From the NCBI RefSeq assembly GCF_009914755.1, contig NC_060933.1: 64,000 nucleotides of DNA. The stretch is one strand, 5' to 3'. This stretch comes from the human T2T-CHM13v2.0 reference genome, Homo sapiens. How positions within the stretch are numbered: position 1 is the stretch's first letter; every line of letters starts with the position of its first letter. The notes under the pieces are model-generated. The model was given only the letters and a program-made list of their open reading frames with translations. It did not search any database and was not told where the DNA came from. The position numbers and the translations under genes were made by a program. This document shows, piece after piece, positions 38,828-58,280 of this stretch.

Positions 38828-39105
38828 CATCCACATCCACCCACCTGCCCTATAGACGCCTCCTGGGGGTCACTTACCTACCCTCCCATCCGTCCCACAA
38901 ACGTCTACTGGGGGTCACCTATCCATGCCACACACACCTACTGGGGGTCACCCACCCACCCCCCCCACATCTACTAGGGGTCACCCACCCTCCCATCCAT
39001 CCCATACACACCTACTGGGTGTCATCCACCCTCCTATCCATCCCATACACATCTACTGGGTGTCATCCACCCTCCTATCCATCCCACACATACCTACTGG
39101 GTGTG
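38828..39105. repeat. 33-43-bp minisatellite (7 cores) at the 3' end of TOR1A intron 4
   Basis: Core CTACTGGG(G/T)GTCA near 38861, 38904, 38938, 38971, 39012, 39053 and 39094. Confidence 0.9.
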
Positions 39106-42090
39106 CCCTCTCCCTTGTGGAGCTCCAGATCAGTGGGGAAGGCAGATGTTAACAGGCACCTGCACATTGTAATGCTTCTGTGACAGCAGAAGCTGTGACA
39201 GCCCTCTTTACACGGCGGGCTGGGGGAGGCCTCCCAAGGTATGACTTAAGAGATCGAAGATGGGAAAGAGGTCCTGGGGCCCAGGAACAAGCAGAGAGGC
39301 AGAGTGGGGAAGGCAGAGTTCCACAGAAAGCGGGAAGCAAGAAGAATTCCCGGGAAGGACTACCAGCCACGCCTCTGTATTTGGGAACTTTTTGACTCTC
39401 CCTGGAGTTTCAGCAGCTGGACTAGCAACAGGGAAGCCTGCTGCCGCTGCCACAGTGCCCAGACCCTGCAGAGCATGTGGGCACCAAAACTAGCCTGGAG
39501 AGTGCAGATGTGCAGCCCACGCTGGGCTCCCCGTGAAGGCCTGGCCTTGGCCGTGTTTTCTCCCCTGAATGCGGGCTGGCTCTGCACTGACCCGTCCACT
39601 CCTCCTGGGCTCCTGGAACTCCTGACCCAGGACACTTCCTCCCAGCCCCAGATGACACAGCACACACTGCGTCGCCCACGAGCCCATGCGTGTCTTCTAC
39701 TGAGCTGATTCCCTTCTGGTCTGCCATGTAATTCTGGGGCTCCGTCCCCAACCCAAGCTCCTCCTCATTCACTGGGTTAATGCTTTTCATGCCCAACAGT
39801 GCTTTGCACACAACTGGTACTCAATAAATGTGTGGCTGACTGACAGAGTGGAGCCTATGGCCAGGGAAAGAACAGAACCAACCACTGAATGGGAACGAGG
39901 GGCTGTCTTGCTATCATGAACTCACGTGGGAGGCTGGTTCTCAGAGGCCTGCTCTGTGCCAGGCACGCCCTGGGCCTGGGGACACAGCTGAGGGCAGACG
40001 GACCTCACGGCTTTACCACTCTAGGGCAGGAAACAATCTCAGATGGTGCTTGGAGTGGCGAATGCCACACAGCAGAACGGACATGGAGAGCGGGAGGTGG
40101 AGCAGGCTGGGCAGGACCTCAGGGCAGAGCCCGAGCAACAAGGACCCAGCCACGCAGACCCAGGAGTGACGGCAGAACAGGTGACCTCAGGCAGCCCTGA
40201 GACTTCACAGTCATCTCCTGAGGACTCCCAAGTTTGCCCTCCTGGCCTGATGGCCTCCCTGGAGCTTCGTGGCTCTGCTCTGATGCCCTGATGCCATTGC
40301 CCACTGAGCTCGCCCGTCCTTCCTGCTGTCCCTTCCCTTCAATGGCAGTGCCACCCTTCCCATCGCTCAAGCCAGGTCCTTGATTCTTCTCTCATTCCCA
40401 TATACAATTCTGCAGGAAGTCTTACAGGTTCTACCTTCAAAACACACCCAGAAGCCAACCGTGTCCCTCCACCCCCACCGCTTCCACGCTGGGCTCCCTG
40501 CCCCTGTGGCTGTGGGTCTGTCCTCCACCCAGTTGCCAGCAAGGTCCTGTGAAGGCCCCGTCAGATCACAGCACCACCTGCCCAGGACCCTCCAGGCCTC
40601 TCTCTTCCACTTGGAATAAGACTCAAGGTTCACCATGGCCCGCCAGGCTTCCCACGGTCTGCACCTCCACCCCAAATCTCGCCTCTTCTATCACCTCCCG
40701 TTTCCCTCCTCTGTTTATCCTCAACCAGTCACAGGGACCCCAAGCACAGGCCCCCCTCGGGCCCCTGGACGTGCTGTCCGCACTGGGGAATGCTTTTCCC
40801 TCAGACATCCACATGGCTCACTCCCTCGGGTCAGCCCAAATGCCACCCTCACAGGGAGCCTTCCCTGTCCACTCTATTAAAGCAGAGCCCATCCTTACCC
40901 TGAACCCCAAAGCCTTTCTTGATTTTTTTCCCCTACTGGCCCCGGGGGGAAAGATATCTATATGTCCACATGTGTACATGTGCGATGTGTGCATATGTAC
41001 TGCATGTATACACACAAACACATCACACACATCAACATATCTATCCCCCATCATCTGATACATTTTCTTTCTTTATTATCACTAGGATGTAGGATTGATA
41101 AGGGCAAGAATTTCTGTGTTTGTTCACTGCTGTGTCCCCCGTCCTAGGTATGATGCCTGGCACTTACCAGATGCTCCATATACATGTGCTGAATCAATGT
41201 TCAGCCATCTGCCTGAGGTCACAGTCAGTCTGTGGGCCAGGGCTGCCCGACTCCCAGGTTGGCACTCCTAAGCACCGTGTAACCTCCACAGCGTGGATTC
41301 TAGGCCACGGGGCTCATCTGCCTCAGCATTAGGCTAAAGTTTCCACTGCATGTGCTCATGTTTTTTGGCAAGGCAAGAAACTATCCAACATGTTACAAAA
41401 TACTTGTCTTTCCTCAGTAGTATTCCACTTGCACACACTGACATACTGTACCCCATGCTGTTCACTAACTGTAGGATTAATTTCTTGGCAAGTCTGTTTC
41501 AAATGAGCCCTTCTGTTTTGTCATCTCCAGAACCTGAAGCGCAAAGACTTGAACAGCCAGCCCTGCACAACTCACAGGTCTTAGCCAGTGAGTCAGCCTC
41601 CATCAGGCTGGCTTTCCACCTCCCCAGGTTCAAGGTCAAAGGTCTCATGACATTTGGAGAAGTAGTGAGCTAAAACTTAAAAGCTCAGGTTTTAGAATCA
41701 GAGATACCGAACAGGCTGCATGGCCCTGGGCAAGCTGCCACATCTCTGAGTCTCAGTCTCTACCCTGCGAGGTATGGTGAAGACTGAGTGAAATCCGCAG
41801 GCAGGCTGTTTCACACGGTGCCCAGTACAAAATAAGGGCCGAACCGCTATTTGGCTGTTGCTCTTGGGCAATGCAGAGAAAGGGAGGAACTAACAGGTCA
41901 TCTCTCCCCCTGAGCTGCCCACGGCATCCTTCCTTGCTCAACCACTGGCTCTTTCTTCTACAAAGAAAATCATGTAGCTGAAGAAAATGGGGGAACTGGC
42001 CAGGCGTGGTGGCTCACGCCTGTAATCCCAGCACTTTGGGAGGCCGAGGCAGGCGGATCACGAGGTCAGGAGATAAGACCATCCTGGCTA

Positions 42091-42375
<285 letters not shown>

Positions 42376-42671
42376 TCAAGACCAGCCTGGGAAACATAGG
42401 AAGACCCAGTCTCTACCAAAAAAAAAAAAAAAAATTAGCCAGGCATGGTGGCGCAAGCCTGTGGTTCCACCTACATGGGAAGCTGAGGCTGGAGGATCAC
42501 TTGAGCCTAGGAAGTCAAGACTCCAGTGAGCTGAGATCACACCACTGGACTCCAGCCTGGGTGACAGAGTGAGACTCTGTCTCAAAAAATAAGCTGAGCA
42601 CAGTGGCTCACGCCTGTAATCCCAGCACTTTGGGAGGCCGAGGTGGGCGGATCACCTGAGGTAAGAGTTCA

Positions 42672-42842
<171 letters not shown>

Positions 42843-43081
42843 CTAGGTGACAGAGTAAAACTATCTGAAAAATAAAAATAAAACAGCACTTGTCAAACAT
42901 TAGTGTTCATAAAAGTTACCTGGAGTTCATCAGCAAAGATTCCCCTCATGACTCGGAAGGGGACTGAGAATCTGCATTTCTTTCTACCCAGCTCCCAGGT
43001 GATGCTGACAGTGACCCTGATGCTTTTAACACTTAGGGTGCAGGATTAGGAACCAGATGGGACTGGCGGTGGATGGCCCTA

Positions 43082-43288
<207 letters not shown>

Positions 43289-43310
43289 TCATGTCCTAGC
43301 CCTGACCTTA

Positions 43311-43535
<225 letters not shown>

Positions 43536-43904
43536 TCAATCAGCTCCTTCTACCACTAAGAACCGCAGCTTCACTTACAGACCACTGTGCACTCGGCACT
43601 AAGAACTTTACATGCCCAAAATCTTCTTTGTTCCTACCAACCCCATGGAGTGGGCACTATCGTTCTCATTTTACAGATGAGGGAACTGAGGCACAGAGAG
43701 CGCTTACTCCACTTGCCCAAGACTATATGTGGCAGAGCTGGGACCTGAACCCAGTCCTGTCTCACTCCAAAGCCCGATACTTTGGTTACGGTTCCCGCAC
43801 TGCGAGATGCCACACGGATGCTGTCAGAGATGCTGCTCTTTTGTCATCAAAGGGGCAATGTGGGATGTCATGAGGATACTGATTTTTATTTAAAAAGGGG
43901 GTGG

Positions 43905-44572
<668 letters not shown>

Positions 44573-44698
44573 TCAGACCTGTTAGGCTCCAGCAGCCAAG
44601 GTTTCTCACTCTGGTGACCAAACTTATATGCAATAACAGGGAACATGCACTGAGTGTTCACTATGGGAACAACAATATTCTAAGCACTGTTCATATAA

Positions 44699-44812
<114 letters not shown>

Positions 44813-45328
44813 TGAGTAGCTGAGACTACAGGCACCTGCCACCACGCCCAGCTAATTTTTGTATTTTTAGTAGAGATGGGGTTTCACCATCTTGGCCAGG
44901 CTGGTCTTGAACTCTTGACCTTGTGATCCACCCGCTTCGGCCTCCCAAAGTGCTGGGATTACAGGCGCGAGCCACCACACCTGGTCTGTTCATAGAACAT
45001 TTTACTGTGACCTCCCAAAACCCATCACGGTAGTTACCATTGTGCTCCTTCTTTTACAAATGAGAAAACTGAGGCACAGACAAGTGAAGTAACTTTGCCC
45101 AAAGTCACAGTTATTGTTAGTGAAGCCTCAATTCTAAGATGATCAACTTATCCTGATTCGTCTAGAATGGTTCTTGTTTGTTTGGGACAGGGTCTCACTC
45201 CGTCACCCAGGCTGGACTGCAGTGGCTGTCTGCTCACTGCAGCCTCGACCTCCCAGGTTCAAGCCATCCTTCTGCCTCAGCCCCCTAAGTAGCTGGGACT
45301 ACAGGTGCATGCCACCATGCCTGACTAA

Positions 45329-45478
<150 letters not shown>

Positions 45479-45619
45479 TAGTACAGAACCGCTGGACAGT
45501 GGGTGACCCACACGCTCACCCAGACAGAAGGGAAAAATGTGTTCACATTTTTCCATAGATACAGTCAGGGATAAATAACTGATTGAGGCCAGGCATGGTG
45601 GCTCATACCTGTAATTTCA

Positions 45620-45874
<255 letters not shown>

Positions 45875-46084
45875 TCAGTCTCAAAAATAAATAAATAAAT
45901 AATTGACTGTTTTGCCCATCTTGCAGGTCTGCTACAAGGATCTAAAAGGCAACAGTTAACATTTATTTGTAACATGCACCAGGTACATGTTATGCACTTG
46001 ACAGACAGAGCTCCCTGGATTGTTACAAGCAACACTTTGTAAGTCAGAATCTGAGTCTCAGGTCAGGCAACTTTCCTAAGACTA

Positions 46085-46483
<399 letters not shown>

Positions 46484-46722
46484 TTACAACAGTAGGTTCA
46501 ACAAACTTAGGACTCTACATGTTTCCTCTTTCACAAAATGAGTGAGATGTGGCCAGGCATGGTGGCTCACGCCTGTAATCCCAGCACTTCGGGAAGCTGA
46601 GGCAGGCACATCACCTGAGATCAGGAGTTCGAGACCAGCCTGGCCAAGTTGGCAAAACCCCATCTCTACTAAAAATACAAAAATTAGCTGGGCATGGTGG
46701 CAGGACCCTGTAATCCCAGCTA

Positions 46723-46830
<108 letters not shown>

Positions 46831-47000
46831 TCAAAATAAAGAAAAAAATAAAAAAATGAGTGAGATGTGTTGATCTCTAAGATGGATTTGATCATGTCCA
46901 CCTCTAAAATCCCATGACCCTACATACTCACTGGACCGATTTTCAGAACCCACCACAAAGCTTTGATGGTATTAACTGCTCCACGCATCTCAAACTCTTA

Positions 47001-47432
<432 letters not shown>

Positions 47433-48039
47433 TCAGGAGTGGGGAAGAAACAGCGGCAAAATGTAGCCACATTTACAGCCCATAAGAAAGCCAGCAAAGC
47501 CGTCTAGACGCCCTCCAAGCACCTTGCGAAACCTCAAGTACTGCGGTCTGTAAGCTCCTGGCCCAGAGGGGACGGCGGTCCAGGGAGCCCTCCCTTTGCT
47601 GGTCCTGCCTATTCTAAAGCCCTGGCCCGACTCCTTCCCGAAAAGCCCCTTGGTGCCACTGCCACTGCCACCAGTTTGCACCCCTAACCCCTGTGCTGCT
47701 CCTCCCACCCCAAGGCAGAGCCGGGAAAGGAAACAGTTTGGTCCCTCCTGGTCGGCTGCGGAAGAGTCCTCACCATCCTTCCTGTCTCCCGCTAGGCTAG
47801 AAAGGAGGCAGAACCCACTTCGGAGGGAGGTTACCACTGGTCCACCCCCAGCTTAGCGCAAAGTAGGCCAACCTGCAGCCTGGCTCCTCAGGTCTCCGAC
47901 TTAAGTCTGGCACGTCTGTGGTCATGGCCGAGGAGCCAGGCCTCATCCTGCAGGCCGGCCGCTTGGCTTCCGGGGTCCGGCCCCCGCGGACTCAGCTCTG
48001 CCCAGGCCCGGCCCTCCTGGGATGTGACCCCTACCCCGG

Positions 48040-48870
<831 letters not shown>

Positions 48871-48879
48871 TGGACGTTA

Positions 48880-51050
<2,171 letters not shown>

Positions 51051-51874
51051 TTTTAAGCTGGATAAAAGATTACTCATTTTCTAGCAAAGGGAACTCTGGC
51101 AAGTGAGAACTGTTGACCATCCACTTATTTGCCTGTTCATCCCATAAACACGTGTTGCGTTGCTGTGTGCCAGATGTGCTAGGCCTTTAGTATTCATCTT
51201 GGGTTACCCCTGCACATCGCTGGGACCTGTAAATGTTTGTTGAAATATCCTGAAAATATTTTTTAAGTTTCGACTTTTTCGTATTGGATTTAAAATACTT
51301 TTGTGCACCTGTTACAAGCCAAACACTATAGGGATCATTCATAGTTTTGAGGACTGCCTATCTGTCAGATTATGGGCTATGCCCTGGGGATTCAAATTTA
51401 AAAATTAGGCACACATGGTTCCTGCCTTCACTGACCATATTCAAGTGGAGGAAAAAAAAAAATCTCCATTTTACAGATGAGAAAACTGAGGCTAAGAGTG
51501 AAAAGGATCTGTCCAAGGACACAAGTAGTAAGCTGCGAGGTGGGCTCAGATCTGACTCCTGGGCCAAACCACTGTAACCACAATACCTGCTCTAAATCCA
51601 CCCAGAAGTCAGCCAATCTGCTCTTTCCTCTTTTGGACCCCTGTGGATGCCTCAGGAAAAATGAGGGCACAGGTAAGAAGGTACTTGACAGCAGGTTGCA
51701 GCATGTCTATGCTGCAGTGGTCCAATCATAGCTCACTGTTTGAAATAAATGAGAAAATCCATCTCAGTAATTCAGTTTTACATTTAGGCTACCCAAACCA
51801 TGGGCTTTAAAAACATTACCTGATGCTGGTATAAGAAACATAATACAAACAATAAGGTTGGATTCATTTTGAAA

Positions 51875-51880
51875 TTTAAT
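51875..51880 (-). terminator. C9orf78: Candidate C9orf78 poly(A) signal ATTAAA
   Basis: tttaat on + in an AT-rich 3'UTR; further ATTAAA copies near 51920 and 52165, so the site actually used is uncertain. Confidence 0.5.
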
Positions 51881-52344
51881 AATTCTAATAGTAATAAGAA
51901 ACATAGTTTATGCTTTTTTTTTAATGAAAACAAACAAGTAATTTTGTAAAAGTCAGAAAACACCAGTATCCTTCTGATCTCATCCTGGATTTTTCTGTCA
52001 GCTGGAGGATGCATTTCTGACCCCATCCCAGACACGTGAAAGCAGAAGACATGATGCATCTATAATAATGAAAGCACAATCTAAAGAGTATTATCACACC
52101 GTGAACAGCTTCTTCCTGACCCAGAGCAAATATTAAGAGAAAGACAATATATTTACAAACAAGATTTAATAATGCTCACAAGAATAGAGTTTGCCCCCAA
52201 ATGGAAAATTACACATTATTTTGTTTCAAAAAGTTATAAATTTAGTGCTTGAAAAATCCAGCAGGTAAGTAGAAGGACTAACAGGGTCTGTTTCTGGAAC
52301 TGTCCGCCAGCAAATGAGCATGCTCTGTCCTGGAAGCCATTTTT

Positions 52345-52663
52345 CTTTTTCTTTTTTTTTTTTTTTTTTTTTTTTTTGAGACAGAGTTTTTTGCTCGTTG
52401 CCCAGGCTGGAGTACAAAGGTGCAATCTCGGCTCACCACAACCTCCGCCTCTTGGGTTCAAGCAATTCTCCTGCCTCAGCCTCCTGAGCAGCTGGGATTA
52501 CAGGCATGTGCCACCACGCCTGGCTAACTTTTCTGTATTTTCAGTAGAGACTGGGTTTCTCCATGTTGGTCAGGCTGGTCTCAAACTCCCGACCTCAGGT
52601 GATCCGCCCACCTCGGCCTCCCAAAGTGCTGGGATTACAGGCAGGAGCCACCACGCCCGGCCA
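52345..52663 (-). mobile_element. AluS inside the C9orf78 3'UTR (sense in the mRNA)
   Basis: Full Alu flanked by TSD GGAAGCCATTTTT, about 70 nt past the stop codon. Confidence 0.88.
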
Positions 52664-52730
52664 GGAAGCCATTTTTCATGGGAGGGATATAGGGAGAGGA
52701 AGGCGATATTTACATCCCACTCTGCACAAC

Positions 52731-52822
52731 TCAGTACCGCCTATTCATTTTCTTGAACTTCTCATAATGATAGTCATCAGTTGCCTTCTCGTTAGCAGGA
52801 CGCTTGCGGTTAGGAGGGGACC
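52731..52822 (-). CDS. C9orf78: C9orf78 exon 9 coding part
   Basis: tctcag|GGTCC; [29 protein letters not shown]. Confidence 0.95.
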
Positions 52823-52968
52823 CTGAGAAGGAAAAGAACAGGAAAGGTGGTTTGCCATGCTGGAACCCACTGCTAGACTTTACTCCATGCAGGCAAAGAC
52901 AACTGCCTGTTTCCTTCCCCACAGGAGCCCCAGCGCCTAACCCAGTGAACACAGTAGGGCCTCAGTAG

Positions 52969-53118
<150 letters not shown>

Positions 53119-53775
53119 TGAGTAGCTGGGATTACAGGCACCTGCCACCTCACCTGGCTAATTTTTGTATTTTTAGTAGAGACGGGGTTCACCATGTTGG
53201 CCAGGCTCGTCTTGAACTCCTGACCTTAGGTGATCTGCCTGCCTCTGCCTCCCAAAGTGCTGGGATTACAGGCATGGGCCACCGAGCATGGCCAATACCT
53301 TTTTCTTTTCTTTAAAAAAAAGATGTGGTCTCACTCTGTCACGCAGGCTAGAGTGCAGTGGTCCAATCATAGCTCACTGCAGCCTTGAACTCTTAGTCTC
53401 AAGCAATCCTCCTGTCCCAGCTTCCCCAGCAGCTGAGACTACAAGTGTGAGGCACTGCACCCAGCTAACCTTATGAGTAGCTTTTATTTGTCCTTACTGA
53501 AATTTTCTAACTTCTTGAGTCTCTACTGTGCGTGAGAATATGAGAGAGTATGAATTCTCAGAGTAATCCTAACAGGTAGGTTCTATTAGGATTCCAATGA
53601 GGAAACTGAGGCTTAGAAAGGGGAAGGCACATAGTCATGGTCCAGAGCATGGACTGGAACCCATATGCCCCGGCTCCAATGCCAGGCTCCACCCTGTCCC
53701 CCGCTGCATCCTGCCTCCATGGGTTCCCACATTGCTGAGCACTCCAGGCAGCCCCGAGGCCTTTGTTGCACTCAC

Positions 53776-53874
53776 GCTCAGGCTCTGGCTTCTCCGTGTC
53801 ACCTACTCTCAAGGGCCGGGCCTTGGGCTCTTCTTTGTTTCTCCGTATGGGCGCGTTGAGCTCCTCATGATAAA
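53776..53874 (-). CDS. C9orf78: C9orf78 exon 8
   Basis: tccag|TTTATCAT; YHEELNAPIRRNKEEPKARPLRVGDTEKPEPE; C|gtgagt; 99 nt. Confidence 0.93.
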
Positions 53875-53975
53875 CTGGACCCAAAGAGACCAGGGGACAC
53901 GTTAGAACATGAGGTTCCTAGGGATCTCAGCCCAAATAGGGGAATGGGGGCAAGACTGCTCTCCGAGGGGCTTAC

Positions 53976-54112
53976 ATCTGTTGTGCTGCACATAATTCAC
54001 AGCCATGTTGGTAGGCACGAAGGAGGTCTCGCTGTCTTTCTTCTTGTTCTGCTGCTCTGCCAGCAGACGGGCCTTGGCATCCTCCGTGGAAATGATATTT
54101 TTTATTTTAGCA
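53976..54112 (-). CDS. C9orf78: C9orf78 exon 7
   Basis: catag|TGCTAAA; AKIKNIISTEDAKARLL...NYVQHNR; T|gtaagc; 137 nt. Confidence 0.95.
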
Positions 54113-54691
54113 CTATGGAGAGAAAGAAACCACACCACTTAGAAGATGATAGCACCTTACTACTCAGACATGAGTGGTGAGGCTGGCAGCCCAGCAGTAC
54201 ATAAGAAAATCATGTGTCCTGGGGCACAGCTCTCCACTTTATCAAGCACACTTGTAGTCACATTCTCACGGGACTCTCACGGCTGTCGGAGAACCACAGT
54301 TACTCTGCTCTTCTGATCAAGAGCAAATTGAGCTTCAGAGAAGTAAAATGCTTAAGGCTCAAAGTTTGTAAAGGCCAGAAAAGAGCCCAGAAGCCTCCCA
54401 GCTTTCTACTGTACCAGAAGATTATTCTAACAATTGTACCTCTTCCATAACAATTCCCTTTTAAAGTGGATATTTTAAGAAGGATCATGGGGAGAAGGGG
54501 TGAGTGAGCCTTTAACATGGCTCCTGCTAGAAGAAAACAGAAGAATAAAGGGCCTGATACAGCTGAACAGCTGTAACACGCTAAAGAACCACTTTTGCTT
54601 CCAGCAGTCAGGGGCCCTTACTACTCTGATCAAGCCTTCAGCGAAACTTCTAGCAACAACCTGCCAGGGACAATCTCATTTGTATTTGTAG

Positions 54692-54901
<210 letters not shown>

Positions 54902-55082
54902 TAGCCTCAACTCCTGAGCTCAAGTGACAGCCCAGCTAATTTTTTAAATTTTTTTGAGAGACAGGAGTCTGACTATATTTCTCAGGCTGATCTCCTGGCC
55001 TCACGTGATCCTCCTGCCTTGGCCTCCCAAGTACTGGGATTATAGGCTTATAGGCATCAGCCACCATACCTGTCCCCCATAA

Positions 55083-55211
<129 letters not shown>

Positions 55212-55441
55212 TAGCTGGACTACAGGTGCCTGCCACCATGCCCAGCTAATTTTTGTATTTTTAGTAGAGACGGGGTTCGACCATCTTGGCCGGGCTGGTC
55301 TTGAACTCCTGACCTCGTGATCCACCCGCCTCAGCCTCCCAAAGTGCTAGGATTACAGGCATGAGCCACCGTGCCTGGCCTGTCCCCCATAACTTTTAAC
55401 TGGAAAGCACTGTGTCTTCTGCCTAGGGGTCTCAAACATAC

Positions 55442-55639
55442 TCGATGCCCAGGTCCACCTCAGGAATGCCACTCAGCATCTGGTTGGAAAGCATCTCCTC
55501 GGTCTTCTTTGCTGAGGAAACACGGATGTTTTCTGGAAGTTCATAAAGACAGTCCTCTGCATTCTTTGGCTTAACTTTCTGTTCCTCATGTTCCACGATC
55601 CCTTTCCTCTTCTTTAGCTCTGTCTCAATGTACTTCATC
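55442..55639 (-). CDS. C9orf78: C9orf78 exon 6
   Basis: ttcag|GATG; MKYIETELKKRKG...LSGIPEVDLGI; GA|gtatgt; 198 nt. Confidence 0.95.
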
Positions 55640-55885
55640 CTGAAGTGAGAAACCCAGAGGCCTCAGGGAGGGGTGGGAAACACACACCAGGTGTCCTCTA
55701 AATCAGTGGTCCCCAACACTGGCCCGCAGACCAGTGACAGTCCATGGAGAAACGAGAAAAAAAATAACTTGAGTTTTTTCATCAAGTTAGAAATTTTCTA
55801 AAGAAGCACCAACCTATGAGGTTATGTCCCACTAATCTATTGGTGTTATGATGTACAAGGTTCTTTGAAGACAGAAAGATGATAG

Positions 55886-56176
<291 letters not shown>

Positions 56177-56466
56177 TAGGGACGGGGTTTCTCCATGTTG
56201 GTCAGTCTGGTCTCGAACTCCCCACCTCAGATGATCCACCTGCCTCGGCCTCCCAAAGTGCTGGGACTACAGGTGAGAGCTACCGTGCCCGGCCTGAAAA
56301 GACCTTTTAAGAGGTTTTCAAAGTTCTTAAGCTGGGAAGTAGAAAGAGAGGGGCCAACTTTGACATCTTCTAGAAAATTCTAGAAATGTCATCTGTTGAC
56401 TAAATATCTTGGACTCTGACTGGAGTCCAGCCCCAACTGCTCACAGCCAAACAGACTGACACTTAC

Positions 56467-56544
56467 ATGTCTGCATCCTCATCCCTTCGGTTGGTTTCTG
56501 CAGAAAACGATGTCCCCAGGTGCAGGTCCTCCTCCTCACTGATC
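56467..56544 (-). CDS. C9orf78: C9orf78 exon 5
   Basis: ctccag|GATCAGT; ISEEEDLHLGTSFSAETNRRDEDAD; AT|gtaagt; 78 nt. Confidence 0.93.
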
Positions 56545-56769
56545 CTGGAGGGAGAGAACAATGAGGCAGAGCTTTCAAGTCACAACTCAATGAGGCTGAG
56601 TTTTATGTTCTAAGAAGAAAACAAAGACATAAGCATTTATAATATCCTATTTACAGTTGGCAAAAAAAAAAAAATGCCGTAGTATATGTAAAGAAAAGAA
56701 ACTCTAGAAATATATGCAAGCAAACTGTTGGCTGCTAGTGATACCTCCAAGGATTGAGTGGATACACTT

Positions 56770-56960
56770 ATCCTTAGGTATCCATGGGGGATTGGTTCTA
56801 GTGTCCCTCAAGGATACCAAAATCTGCAGATAGTGAAGTCCCTTACATAAAATAGTATAATATCTGCATCTAACCTACACACACACTACCATCTGCTTTA
56901 AATCATCTCTAGATTACTTATAATACCAAATACAATGTAAATGCTATATAGTTGTCACAA
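56770..56960 (+). mobile_element. MER2 (TcMar-Tigger) DNA transposon fragment
   Basis: GGTATCCATGGGGGATTGGTTC...GGATACCAAAATC...TTTAAATCATCTCTAGATTACTTATAATACC matches the MER2 consensus as I recall it. Confidence 0.8.
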
Positions 56961-57021
56961 AAGTACACAGTAAACTTTTATTTTTTTAATTTTTGAATTA
57001 TTTGAATGTTTGATTTATTAA

Positions 57022-57246
<225 letters not shown>

Positions 57247-57522
57247 TAATCCGCCTGCCTCAGCCTCCTGAAGTGCTGGCATTACAGGCATGAGCCACCG
57301 CAGCTGGCCTGAATTTATTATTTTTGTTAATTGTTTTTATATGAAACTTCCCCATAGGTTCACTTATTTTATTTTTTTGAGACAGGGTCTTTCTCTGTCA
57401 CCCAGGCTGGAGTGCAGTGGTGTGATCGCGGCTCACTCTAGCCTCAACCTCCCTGACTCAAGTGATTCTCCCACTTTAATTTCCTGAATAGCTGGGACTA
57501 CAGGCACATGCCACCACACCCA

Positions 57523-57556
57523 GATATATACACACACATATATATATGCGTGTGTG

Positions 57557-57587
<31 letters not shown>

Positions 57588-57672
57588 ATATGTGTATATA
57601 CATGTGTGTATATACATATGTGTATATGTGTGTACATATGTGTGTGTGTGTGTGTGTGTGTATACATACACA
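57523..57672. repeat. Compound (CA)/(TA)/(TG) microsatellite within an Alu linker in C9orf78 intron 4
   Basis: About 150 bp of alternating purine-pyrimidine sequence between the two Alu arms. Confidence 0.93.
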
Positions 57673-58017
57673 CTTTTTTTTTTTTTTGTAGAGACAGGGG
57701 TCTCACTATGTTGCCCAGGCTGGTCTTAAACTCCTGGACTCAAGCTAACCTCAGCCTCCCAAAGTGTTGGGATTATAGGCATGAGTCATCACGCCTACAA
57801 TACACTCTTACAAAAGGAGTCTACCAACTTGGCTCTAAGTTAACTTTTAAAGACTTTTTGCTTTCTTTGTTTTTAAATAACACACCCTTTGCAAAGCACA
57901 AAACCTGCTTCAAGATGTCCTACTAATGCTGCTGCTACAGGCCCCAGCTCTCTGAGGGAACCTAGACCCAGGCAGCCGCTAAAGGTGAATTTGCATCTAA
58001 GCTTGTCCTGAACTTAC

Positions 58018-58088
58018 TTATCTTTGCCCCTTTCCTTCAGTTTCTTCATATCCACCATACCACCTGTCTTCATCTGAAAGGGATCATC
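58018..58088 (-). CDS. C9orf78: C9orf78 exon 4
   Basis: ctgcag|GATGAT; DDPFQMKTGGMVDMKKLKERGKD; AA|gtaagt; 71 nt. Confidence 0.93.
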
Positions 58089-58228
58089 CTGCAGAAAGCA
58101 AACACAGTTAAGAGGAAGCATCTAAATACATGGTAGTGGAATTTTTTTTTTTGTGAAGCACGCTCACTCACTGAAGAGCACTGCAGGGAGGGCTGCCATA
58201 ACTACTCAGGGAAGACCCCATAACTTAC

Positions 58229-58280
58229 CACTAGAGTGGTCTCCTCTTGTACCTTCTCTCCCACCAGCAAGGCCACAGCA
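58229..58280 (-). CDS. C9orf78: C9orf78 exon 3
   Basis: ctcag|TGCTGTG; AVALLVGEKVQEETTLV; |gtaagt; 52 nt. Confidence 0.93.

Noticed and set aside
38828-39105. Repeat-spacer appearance resembling a CRISPR array
   Set aside because: The spacers are themselves homologous, the context is a human intron and there are no cas genes; it is a minisatellite.
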